A DNA stretch of 63,504 bases, the filler included, from Octopus bimaculoides (taxonomy: Eukaryota): NCBI RefSeq assembly GCF_001194135.2. It is 8 parts of 6 records of this genome, joined end to end, with 100 filler letters (N's around TTAATTAATTAA, not from the genome) between each part and the next. Parts side by side here need not be neighbours in the genome. Positions count along the whole stretch, not along the records: positions 1 to 27,305 come from NC_068993.1; 7 more parts are not named here. One strand, 5' to 3'. The position numbers were made by a program, and so were the translations under genes. The notes beneath the pieces are model-generated. The model saw only the letters and a list, made by a program, of their open reading frames with translations, was not told the DNA's origin and searched no databases. Below, in pieces: positions 13,305-25,190 of this stretch (the first letter of the stretch is position 1; the number at the start of each line of letters is the position of its first letter).

Positions 13305-13985
13305 CCTTTTAATTGTTTCAGTCATTTGACTGCGGCCTTGCTGGAGCACCGCCTTTAGTCGAGCAAATCGACCCCAGGACTTATTCTTTGTAAGCCTAGT
13401 ACTTATTGTATCGGTCACTTTTGCCGAACCGCTAAGTTACGTGGACGTAAATACACCACCATCGGTTGTCAAGCAATGTTGGGGGTATACACAAACATAT
13501 ACACACACATACATATATATATATACACATATACGACGGACGTCTTTCAGTTTCCGTCTACCAAATCCACTCACAAGGCTTTGGTGGGCCCGAATCTATA
13601 GTAGAAGACACTTGCCCAAGGTGCCACGCAGTGGGACTGAACCCGGAACCATGTGGTTGGTTGGAAGCCTGTGGCGAGGAAGCTGGGAGTGTTTGGCACC
13701 AGGTAAGTGGAAGCCAAAAAAAATGGGGTCTACCCTGGTGATCGGATGCCTATCCTTCAGGAAAGCCATTACAAATTGCATCTGTAATGAGCAATGCTTT
13801 AATCGAACATTGTAAATATAATCAAGTTATTATTGCATATTTAAAATTGTAAATATTTAATCGATACAGCTACTTCACCCCTTTTATGTTTGTCTGTCCT
13901 TGTTCGTCTCCTCTTTGTAATGCCTTTATGGCAAATATTTATGAAATAAAGTAGCTTGCATACCACACAGCCAACCCTGCGCCTA
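13305..13985 (-). mobile_element. SINE family A, full length, with an insert of about 290 bp in its tRNA head
   Basis: Both arms present. The head is split between ...ACCATGTGGTTGG (about 13660) and AGTAGCTTGCATACCACACAGCC (about 13950). Confidence 0.85.
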
Positions 13986-14990
13986 TATATGTGTATAAAT
14001 TTATGTGTGCGTCTTTGCGTCTGTATTTATACCTCTATCCACGATGCGGTTCGGCAAAAAAGTCCGATAGAATAAGTACTCGGCTTACAAAGAATAAGCT
14101 CTGGAGGCGATTTCTTCGACTAAAACCCTTTAAGGCGCGCTCTAGCGTGGTTGCAGTCAAATGACTGGAGCAAGAAAAAGAACATATATATATCATATAT
14201 CGATAAAATTTTTAGCGAACGTTCTGTTGTGATATTCGATTGTAAATGTCTTGTATTTATACATGTTACCTCCTGTGCTGGGATTTCAATATTTCATTGT
14301 CACTTTATTTTATCGACTCTGGAACGATGAAAGGTATATTTCACCTTGGTACGATTCAAACTCAGAACGTTAACATCCCAAAATATTGTACAGATACTCA
14401 ACCAACTCCGTCAATTTACCGCTCTGTCCTCTTTAAAATTAAATTTTAAGGCGATATATATTGATTGAATTGATAATTTCTAGGTGATGTAATGATTGAA
14501 TCGTTAGAGCAGTAGAGGTATTGCTTCGGTATTAGTCTACACTGTGTCGATATGAACAGACGACCTCATTCACCTTATACTTTAGCCTAGCCTCTTTACC
14601 TATGTCATGAGGGAAGGCTGTATGGGTGAGAGACGTCATATACCTATATCGAAGTATAGGTATCGTAGCAGACGATAAAGGAATACATTGAGGTATTTAT
14701 TTTGACACTTTGCGTTTTGAGTTCACATACCATCAGGGTGAATTTTACTTTACATCCTTCCGGGGTCGATAAAATAAAGTAAGTACTTTCCTACCATAAA
14801 CAGACATTTTCTCTTTTTCTATTTTTAGTAAATGATTAGTAAAATAATAAAATAAACAATTACAATCGTAAGACAGACAGGCGTAAAAGAAAGGAAAGAG
14901 CAAGGAATTGGGTAATTGTTTCCTTCTGAGAAAGAATTTTATGTCCAAAACATAGCCTTTAGCATTCAGATTATTCTGTCAAATGCAATA

Positions 14991-15592
14991 CAACAGTACC
15001 TCGCTTTACGAACGTCTCTGATCACGAATGAATCGTGCTTTATATATATATCTATACCAATANNNNNNNNNNNNNNNNNNNNNNNNNNNNNNNNNNNNNN
15101 NNNNNNNNNNNNNNNNNNNNNNNNNNNNNNNNNNNNNNNNNNNNNNNNNNNNNNNNNNNNNNNNNNNNNNNNNNNNNNNNNNNNNNNNNNNNNNNNNNNN
15201 NNNNNNNNNNNNNNNNNNNNNNNNNNNNNNNNNNNNNNNNNNNNNNNNNNNNNNNNNNNNNNNNNNNNNNNNNNNNNNNNNNNNNNNNNNNNNNNNATAT
15301 ATATATATAAATTGTAAATCCAAAAAATAACAGCAAAAATACAAAGGATTCTGCGGTACACGTGTTTCAAGCTTTATATCAGTGTATAATTTACAATATA
15401 AAGCTATCTTCAGCCGCAAAAGTATTTCTCTCCCAGGAAATTACATCACATCGGCGTTAAAGGAGGAAGAAAGGTGTGATATAAGAGGTGAAGATCCTTT
15501 CGGTATTTTGTATAGTACTATACCTCGTATAATTCTCAATTTACACATAATTTCTTCGGTCCTCCGAAAACCGTCCATACCTTGTCACGATT

Positions 15593-15632
<40 letters not shown>

Positions 15633-15682
15633 AAGCACGATTTGTCCATGATCAGAGTTGTTCGAAAACCGAGGTACTGCTC
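14991..15682. mobile_element. pogo/Tigger-like MITE with TA TSD (contains an N gap)
   Basis: TA at 14989-14990 and 15683-15684. Inverted ends CAGTACCTCG(C/G)TTT(A/T)CGAAC..CTCTGATCA match at 27/31. Confidence 0.8.
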
Positions 15683-16296
15683 TACTTATTTACTCACATT
15701 GTTTTGAATTAATCATGCATTAATAAGTGAAATTGTGTAGATGGATAATGGACATCACATGGAAAACCTGTTGGATGAATTGCACTTGTAATTCAAAAGC
15801 CCACCTTTTCATATATTATGTCAGGTATACGTGTATGCATATTTGCGTGTGAGCGCGCACGCGCATGTGTATACATACATACTAGCTTCTTTATCAATCC
15901 CTCACTCTTGAACTATCTATTCTCCTCTCACTATTCCCTATCTGAATACCTCCCCAATTCTCCCCTCTAATACACTTACCTCTCCACATTCAATCATTCC
16001 ATCTTTGAACCTCTTCCCTTTAATATCTCAAATGTAAGATATCTTCCATGAAGACAGAGGCTCATCTCATCCTATGTTGGAATCAAACTACAAATATTAT
16101 TATGGACCACCGAGCTTCCCAGAAACAACTGTTGGATATGTAACACTTTTCCTCAATCCCATTAATTCTCTATATCATTTGTATACTGTGTAAGTTGGAC
16201 CTTTTTATATGTATACATATATACATGTTTTGTATATCATGCATTTAATAAACTTTATATAGTGATCTGTCTAACTTGCTTATCCCTACTCATTCT

Positions 16297-16328
<32 letters not shown>

Positions 16329-17519
16329 CATACATACATACATACATAAAAGAAAATGGGATAATAAAAGAATAAATGATTATCTTGTGAATTTCATTAG
16401 CTTACAGCTGTTTCAAGTTAACAGAGTTCATAAGACAATCGTTTATTCCTTTATCATCTTATTTTCTCATGACCGCTCTGTACTCGACCAACACTTCATT
16501 CTGAAGCATATATATATATATATTGAGTTCTACACCAGGTTATTAGTCACGCAATGCCTCAACGACATATATATANNNNNNNNNNNNNNNNNNNNNNNNN
16601 NNNNNNNNNNNNNNNNNNNNNNNNNNNNNNNNNNNNNNNNNNNNNNNNNNNNNNNNNNNNNNNNNNNNNNNNNNNNNNNNNNNNNNNNNNNNNNNNNNNN
16701 NNNNNNNNNNNNNNNNNNNNNNNNNNNNNNNNNNNNNNNNNNNNNNNNNNNNNNNNNNNNNNNNNNNNNNNNNNNNNNNNNNNNNNNNNNNNNNNNNNNN
16801 NNNNNNNNNNNNNNNNNNNNNNNNNNNNNNNNNNNNNNNNNNNNNNNNNNNNNNNNNNNNNNNNNNNNNNNNNNNNNNNNNNNNNNNNNNNNNNNNNNNN
16901 NNNNNNNNNNNNNNNNNNNNNNNNNNNNNNNNNNNNNNNNNNNNNNNNNNNNNNNNNNNNNNNNNNNNNNNNNNNNNNNNNNNNNNNNNNNNNNNNNNNN
17001 NNNNNNNNNNNNNNNNNNNNNNNNNNNNNNNNNNNNNNNNNNNNNNNNNNNNNNNNNNNNNNNNNNNNNNNNNNNNNNNNNNNNNNNNNNNNNNNNNNNN
17101 NNNNNNNNNNNNTATATATATATATATATATATATATGTCCTACCTTGCTGAATCATGTTTTTCATTAGGTATTATAAGTTATTTCTGCTATAGCACACC
17201 AGTGTCTATCAAATCTTAATTTATTTTGTCCAAGCAAAAACCAAAACAAAGCCAAAAATTACTAATTTTAGTAGGGAACGAACCATTGATGATTGAATCA
17301 ATTTTACTATATTACTGCTGGTATTTATTTTATCGATTTATGTGCGATGGAAAGCGATGTCTGTGTCCTGAACGAAAATAATGCACTAAAACTTAAGATA
17401 CGATTCTAATATCTAATCTGGCGCACAGCCATTTACACTCACTCCACCGTTCTGTATCGTTCCATAATGGAACTAACGTTTCTTGGGGAGATTACTGATG
17501 TTGGTTCTAGTAGTGTTCT

Positions 17520-17571
<52 letters not shown>

Positions 17572-17724
17572 CGTTGTCGTTGTTGTTGTTGTTGTTGTTG
17601 TTACTCTGTAGCCCCAGGTTAGATGTGATGAGCAGATCTATTATTAAAAGCATTCCAGTCGGAACTATCCAACTTCTGTCTTGTTTTTTGTTTTTGTTTT
17701 TCATAGTTTTTTTTTTCCAAATAT

Positions 17725-17866
17725 AGGTGCTGACGTGGTTGTATGGTTAAGAAGTTTGCTTCCCAACCAGGTGGTTTCAGGTTCAATGCTACTGTTTGGC
17801 ACACCTTGCCCGAACCAAGCCTTGTGAGTGGATTTGGTAAGCAGAAACTGAAAGAAGCCCGTCGTG
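17725..17866 (+). mobile_element. SINE family A, head arm
   Basis: GGTTGTATGGTTAAGAAG...GGTTCAATGC...CCTTGTGAGTGGATTTGGTAAGCAGAAACTGAAAGAAGCCCGTCG. Confidence 0.8.
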
Positions 17867-18610
17867 TATCTATCTGTCTGTCTGTCTGTCTATCTATCTA
17901 TATCTATATCTATCTATCTTTCTATCTATCTATCTATCTATCTATACATCTATCTATTCATTTATATATATANNNNNNNNNNNNNNNNNNNNNNNNNNNN
18001 NNNNNNNNNNNNNNNNNNNNNNNNNNNNNNNNNNNNNNNNNNNNNNNNNNNNNNNNNNNNNNNNNNNNNNNNNNNNNNNNNNNNNNNNNNNNNNNNNNNN
18101 NNNNNNNNNNNNNNNNNNNNNNNNNNNNNNNNNNNNNNNNNNNNNNNNNNNNNNNNNNNNNNNNNNNNNNNNNNNNNNNNNNNNNNNNNNNNNNNNNNNN
18201 NNNNNNNNNNNNNNNNNNNNNNNNNNNNNNNNNNNNNNNNNNNNNNNNNNNNNNNNNNNNNNNNNNNNNNNNNNNNNNNNNNNNNNNNNNNNNNNNNNNN
18301 NNNNNNNNNNNNNNNNNNNNNNNNNNNNNNNNNNNNNNNNNNNNNNNNNNNNNNNNNNNNNNNNNNNNNNNNNNNNNNNNNNNNNNNNNNNNNNNNNNNN
18401 NNNNNNNNNNNNNNNNNNNNNNNNNNNNNNNNNNNNNNNNNNNNNNNNNNNNNNNNNNNNNNNNNNNNNNNNNNNNNNNNNNNNNNNNNNNNNNNNNNNN
18501 NNNNNNNNNNNNNNNNNNNNNNNNNNNNNNNNNNNNNNNNNNNNNNNNNNNNNNNNNNNNNNNNNNNNNNNNNNNNNNNNNNNNNNNNNNTATATATATA
18601 TATATATATG

Positions 18611-18772
18611 CGACGGGCTTCTTTCACTTTCTGTCTACCAAATCCATTCACAAGGCTTTGGTTGGTCCGAGGCTATAGTTGAAGACACTTGTCCAAGGTG
18701 CCATGCAGTAGGACTGAACATGGAACTATGTTGGGAAGCAAGCTTCTTACCACTCAGCCATGCCCGCGCCTA
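18611..18772 (-). mobile_element. SINE family A, head arm, reverse
   Basis: Reverse complement of the family A head. Confidence 0.82.
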
Positions 18773-19275
18773 ATGTAAATGCTATTTTTAGCAGGTCGAG
18801 AATCTATGTAGAAACGATGAGGTAGATGTATTATCTGTTGATGATGCTAATCACTGTGATACGAAGCTGTTTTGGAATTGCCTGATCTGAACAATTGCTT
18901 TGTCAAAAGCAACAACGTTGCTTCGGTCGTCTGCAGAAAATGACACAAACTGTTGGTTTTTGTTGTAGTTGCTTCTGTAGCTGTGGTTGATGTTGTTGTG
19001 CTGCTTTTGTTGTTATTGTTGTTGTTGTTATTGTTGCTGCTGCTGTCATTGCCATTGCTGTGTTGTTTGTTGTTAGTTGTTGATGATGATAATATTGTTG
19101 TAGTAGTTCTTGTGTTGTTATTTTCGTGTTCTTGTTGTATTGATGCTGTTGCGTTGTTGATGCTGTTGTTGTTGTTGTTGTTGTTGTTGTCTATCATCAT
19201 TGTTTAACTTCATATCAGCTTTGATGAAGCAGATCAATGATCAAAGTCATTTCAACCGTGACCATCCAGTCTTTT

Positions 19276-19306
<31 letters not shown>

Positions 19307-19549
19307 TTGCCTTTTCGCTTTTTATTTCTCGTGCATTGTTTACTCAGGATTACATAACCCAGTGTTCCATTTTTAAAACGGTTGGATATAATTTGAGGGA
19401 GATTTGGTAGCTATTTCTACGTAGTGGCTCTCTTCTCGGATACGTTCACAAGAAAACTGGATATGGAGCGGGAGTGAGCGTTCTCTATTGGCAAATATAT
19501 TTTGGTTGCTTCAGTTCCTTTATCATTGCTCAGTCGGTTTCACTGCAAG

Positions 19550-19709
19550 GCTAAGACATGGCTGTGTGGTTAAGAGGCCCGCTTTACAACCATGAGGTTT
19601 CAATTTCAATACCACTGCGCAGCACTTTGGACAAGGAACTTCTATATCCCCGGGCTGACTGATGACTTGCGAATGAATTTGGTGAATGGAGACTGTGGAA
19701 GCAATGCCG

Positions 19710-19806
<97 letters not shown>

Positions 19807-19915
19807 ATGTGTGTGTCTGACTTTGTGTTTGTGCTTGTACTCCCCACTGCTTGACAACCAGTGTTGGTTTGTTTATGTCCCTGCAACGTGCAGTTCGGCA
19901 AAATAGACCGACAAC
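19550..19915 (+). mobile_element. SINE family A, diverged, long (TG)n linker
   Basis: GGCTGTGTGGTTAAG head, (TG)n, then GCTTGACAACC...CAGTTCGGCAAAATAGACCGA. Confidence 0.7.
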
Positions 19916-19926
19916 ATAGAAAAAAG

Positions 19927-20149
19927 AAGAAGAAGATGATGACGATGACGACGACGACAGCGACAAAGATGATGATGGTGGTGATAATAAGGATGATGAT
20001 GATGACGACGATGTTGATGATCATAATGATAATGATGACAAAGATGTTGATGATGATGATGACGATGACAAAGGTGATGATGATGAAGAAGATGACGATG
20101 ATGATGATGACGATGATGACAACAATAACGATGAGGATGATAACAACGG

Positions 20150-20185
<36 letters not shown>

Positions 20186-21540
20186 CGATACGACGATGAT
20201 GATGACCACGATGTGTCATCTAGCTAGGGGAACCTCATGATACTACGACATCCATATTCATCCGTTGCAAAGGGACAAACGTCTTGTCTTAATTGATTTT
20301 CTGAAGCCAAGATTCAGCCGACGACTCTAAACACCATCGCCGCCACCATCACAATCATCATCGACCTTATCATCACCATCATCATCATCATCACCATCAT
20401 CATCATGAACATCATCACCATCATCTTCATTATCACCATCATCATCATCGCTATTGTCTTTACTGTTACCACCACCACCACCACCAACGTCACCAACTCC
20501 ACCGTAACCACCATCGTTATCATCATGCATGGACCATTGTCTTCATTCTAACAGCCACACTCCACCACCACCACCACCATCATCACCACCATCACCATCA
20601 TCATCATCATCACTGTTACAGCCATTGTATTCGTCTATTATCTCCATAATACTCCTTATCATCGTCATCACCACCATCATCGTCATCATATCCGTCACCA
20701 TGAATGGAATGGCAGTGGTATCGCTATCATCCAAGTAGTATTCAGTGGCTGTGACCATTGAGATTCGCCATTCTTTTAAAGCTCCGTATTGCTCCCTGAC
20801 GGAGAAATTTATCATGTCTTCTTAAAGGCTGTTGTGTTGTTTTCCATCACCATGGCATAGAATTAATGATACCTACAGGGACACCGCGGATACTGCTGGC
20901 GATGATGCTATTGCTGGTGATGATGATGATGATGATGTTGATGCTGCTGCTGATAATGATGATGATGACGATGATGATGATAGTGGTGGTGATTATGATG
21001 GTGCTCGCTGTTGTTGTCGTCATTGTATAATAGTGTTGGTAGGCCGTGGCGATGGTGATGGTGGTGATGGTGGTGCTGTTGTTGTTGATGATGATGGTGG
21101 TGGTGGTGGTGGTGGTGGTGTTGGCAGTAATTGGGTGAGTAATGAGTGATGATAGCAACTGCACGAGGACGAAATGATGATGATGAGGAGGAGGAGGATG
21201 GAGAGGAGGAGAGTGGAGACGGACGGTGTTTGCTGATGGTGGTGTTGGCAGGAGTAATGAGGTGGTAGCAAGGAATAATATCTGAAGGGAATCCGGTGAT
21301 ACCAGAGGTGGTGGTGGTGGTGGTGGAAGTTGTATTGGAGGTGGAAGTGGTGGTAGTGAAGGCGGTGGTGGTGTGAAAGCGTGGGGGCGTGATAGTGCTA
21401 ATGGCATTGGTGGTCGGGGTTTGTTACGGTCCAGCTGGTAATGGTGGTGATAATGGTGGTGGTAATAGCTGCAGTGATGATGGTGGTGGTGTTGGTAGTG
21501 TTGGTGGTGGTGGTGATGATGATGATGATGATGGTTAGAG
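19927..21540. repeat. 1.6-kb compound trinucleotide field: (GAT/GAC)n, then (CAT/CAC)n, then (GAT/GGT)n
   Basis: Direct reading. Produces only homopolymeric ORFs. Confidence 0.9.
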
Positions 21541-22055
21541 CTGAAATGGGTAAATGTATGATAGCAGTGTTGGAAGAGTTTAATAATAATGATAGTGAAA
21601 TTATTATGTATAGTGCTCGGGTGCACTACAACAGTTGTTGATCATCCCTAAGCAACGGTATTCCAACCGTGACAATCTCATTTATGATTATGAATACATT
21701 GTAGGGTTTGATTTGAAGGGAAATTGGCTGCTATTTCTTCTAAGTTGAGCTCCAGCGTAGAGGCTCCCTTGTTGGTTCATTGTTAGTGCAGTAGTAGTGG
21801 TGGTGGTGCGGCGGTGTGTTATGTATGGGGTCAAGAACCTATTGGGATTTTGGTGCTCCTTAGATCCTCCTTATTTCCTTAGACACATTATTTACATTGG
21901 ACGGATGTACTCTGATTTACTCTCCAGCCTTCATCAGGTGTCCTGGTGGAATTTTGATCCCAACCATGATAATTTATCATTGATACATTTATGGGCATTA
22001 TCCGAAACCTCTCTCCCCGCTCCCAGTTCAATCTTACAAGAATTTTTTTTTTCAC

Positions 22056-22322
22056 CACTAATTCCGAAATAACCGGAATCTACAGCATCTGAAAAGTATT
22101 CATACAAAATTTCATAACAAAATATTCATTTTTCAGAAAGTTATGAGGAAACAAAATCGATTGACGTGAATTATTCGAAACCCCAATTCTGCAAAATAAT
22201 AATAATAATAAGATGTTCACTGAATATTCGAAATAATCGGAATCTACAGCATATGAAAGGTATTTGTAGCAAATTTCGTTTAAAAATATCCGTTTTGTAT
22301 AAAGTTATGAGGAAACAAAATC
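22056..22322 (+). repeat. Diverged tandem duplication (units of about 105 bp, 162 bp apart)
   Basis: cgaaataa.cggaatctacagcat.tgaaa.gtatt...aaagttatgaggaaacaaaatc occurs at about 22063 and about 22226. Confidence 0.8.
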
Positions 22323-22829
22323 AGGGGTGTAGAAAGCACATTTGTGTAAGTATACTAGATTCGTGTCCTCTGCTGCGTGGCATAACGCATAATTATTAAT
22401 CGCGGGTGGTAATCGTTTAGACTCCCTTTTTCTATTTTCTCAATACATGCCTTGCTCGTCGTATTTCAACGCAAATCTGCAAATCGAATAGGGAAACAAA
22501 TGTCAGGCCATCTTGACACTAAACACCAAATAAAGGCTTAGGTTAAAGTTGTGCGTTAACAATAATAATTGTAAACAATATCAATAATAAATTGTAAAAT
22601 GTTGCAAATACATAATATATCTGCAATAAATAATAGCTATTGGTAAGAAATAAATTTGATGTATAGTTATTTCATAACTGTTGCGGGATGAGGCGAAGTA
22701 CATAACGTACCACGCACTGAATGAGCGCGTAAAACGCACGCATGTATTATATATTTATATACATGAACACATGCGTGTCTGACTTTTTGTATGTTTACAT
22801 TGTATGTTTACATAGATACATAATACATA

Positions 22830-23400
22830 ATTTTATACATATATACATGCATACATACATACATACATACATACATACATACACACATACATACACGTTC
22901 GTACAAACATTCATGCATACATACATACATACATACATACACATATGCATACAAGCGTACACGTTCGTACATACATACATACAAGCATACACGTTCGTAC
23001 ATACATACATACGTAAATGCACACATACATACTTTTATACATACATGCGTACACGTTCGTACATGCATACTTTCATACATATATACATACATATATATAT
23101 GCGTGCACGTTCATATGTACGTACATATATACGCGTACGTTCGTACATATATACATACCTACAGACATGCTTAGGTATATACATACATACAAGACTTGCA
23201 TTACAAAACGTACTGACTGGGGCTCTTCCAGCACAATCGCGAACACACATACGTCTGACTTACCGTACATGAGATGTTTATTTACATACATACATACACA
23301 CACACACACATACATACATACATACATACATACATACATACATACATACATACATACATACATACGTACGTACATAGATACATACATACTAACTTATATG
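22830..23400 (+). repeat. (ATAC)n array with recurring ACGTTCGTAC variants
   Basis: Direct reading. Confidence 0.9.
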
Positions 23401-23769
23401 CGTACACACAAAACTTGTATTAATATGTTAAAAACGACCAAACAGAGACTCTTTCTGCACAATCACTGGACCTGCTAGAAATAGAAACCAAATCTCCCTC
23501 AAGACATATTTTAGTGCCTTAAAAGAGAAGGGTCACATTGGGCACTGAATGTAGTTCTAGATATACGAAGTTGGAGAAAAGAACGGACGAAATAGTCGTT
23601 GTTGGAATGTTTTCATTCGTAAGTCTGATGATAAATGACCTGCCCGGGTTTCAACAAAAACATCATTGAAAATATACACACACACTTACACGCATGTATG
23701 TGTGCACGCGCGTGCGTGTATCTATACGCAGACGCCTTGGATCAGTAGCTTCCTATCAGATCATCCAAT

Positions 23770-24770
23770 AGTCTTACGTGTTGAGAGAGTTTATTGCGTC
23801 CTTCTTTCAGGCAATACCAGCGTACCCCTGGGTTCTGTTTTATCGCCTACTCTCTTCCTTCCATACATCAATTACTTACTTGCAAACGCATCCAACAGCA
23901 CCCGCTCAAACACAGATGACACTACTCTTCATTCCTTTCTAACTTTCCACAACCATGTATCACCATCCATTCATAACCAGAACACCTTACACCGAATTAC
24001 GCAGAGTCCCTGAAGAGTGACTTCGAGGGTATTCTCCCCTGGGGACATGCTACTCATATCAGGAATGAATCATTGCATCCAATACCCCTGAGCTTATTAA
24101 TACCCGTGAGTAGTTCTCAGCTTATAAATTCCTGTGAGTAGCTCAGTAATTGTTGGGTTTCACTATCACACAGGTTTTTCTCCTGGCAATAGCACATCTT
24201 CAACATAGCCAAGCCTGCACCCCCAACGCCTGACTCTTCTTTTCAGGGCCAGATATATTTCACCATCCAGTAATTATTTATTTCATAGAAGGCTCTGGGA
24301 AAGCTCACAACGATGTATTGCTTCAACAATGACACGGCGCTAATGCTGCTGCTGCTACTACTACTACTGCACACATAGATACACCAGGGTCGCCTTAAGG
24401 CATGAGCACACTGGGCAGCCGCCCGGGGGTCATATGGATCTAGGGGCCCATTTCTGATCTATGTGTGTTGTGAATTTCTGTCAATAACAGATACTTCAGG
24501 ACCCAGTGCATTGATTTCTCCGGGGACCTATAAAGCTGTTTAGACAGGCCTGAGACATGCTCCAACTCTCCAGCTCACAAGCGCGTTGTCTCTTCTTCCT
24601 ACCTTTTCTACGGATACTGCATTAACTCCTGCAAATCGGAGTTGGTTGGGCTCAAGCTGCCTCTTCTCAGGCGTTCCTGTTCTCCTAATCCCTTCTCCTT
24701 TCATCGCTCATGTTGTATCCAGCCTTCCAGACACCGCTCTCTTCATTTACACGCAAGAACGTTAACAGTC
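23770..24770 (+). mobile_element. CR1/Jockey-like LINE relic in two pieces (RT core 23770-23960; C-terminal 24565-24770)
   Basis: SVPLGSVLSPTLFLPYINYLL...SNTDDTTLH matches GVPQGSVLSPTLF...YADD. The downstream piece AHKRVVSSSYLFYGYC..SCKSELVGL matches the usual post-RT block. Confidence 0.75.
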
Positions 24771-24820
24771 TAGAATTCCCTATTTTGCTCATATTTCTCG
24801 TTGACGTTGACATAAAAAGG

Positions 24821-25190
24821 GGCGATCTTACGGTACGAGTCCTAAATATCGGCCTTCGGCGATCTTTACCAAAGATCGGATTTTTCCGTAAAAAGTGTTG
24901 GAGAGAAACAGGGAAACGACGTCATAAAAGCGAAAGACATACAGAGAACGCGATTTATTTTGAAGGATGTAGGGTTAGGCTTAGGGTTAGGGTTTGGGTT
25001 TTAGGGTTTGAGTTTGGAAATTCCGTCCGTAACCGTAACTCAAACCCTAACCCTGACACTAAAAGCCTAACCCTAACACCGTAGTGAATATCGTGCGGGT
25101 GTTACGGAAAAGGCCGATCTTTGGTAAAGATCGCCGAAGATACTTTTTACGGAAAAGGCCGATATTTAGGACTCGTACCATAAGATCGCC
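24821..25190. mobile_element. 370-bp MITE with 8-bp TSD and GG..CC termini (Merlin-like) containing inverted telomere-type repeats
   Basis: TSD TAAAAAGG at 24813-24820 and 25191-25198. TIR GGCGATCTTA(C/T)GGTACGAGTCCTAAATATCGGCCTT matches at 35/36, followed by a second inverted block. TTAGGG-like repeats on the left, CCCTAA-like on the right. Confidence 0.9.

Noticed and set aside
20847-21626. 259-aa Pro/His/Ile-rich minus-strand ORF
   Set aside because: Lies wholly in a (GGT)/(GAT)n field; no recognisable domain and no convincing splice sites.
24385-24551. CAGGG...CCTG-bounded insert splitting the CR1-like relic (possible hAT MITE)
   Set aside because: The inverted ends are too degenerate and the flanking 8-mers match only 5/8, so it cannot be supported.
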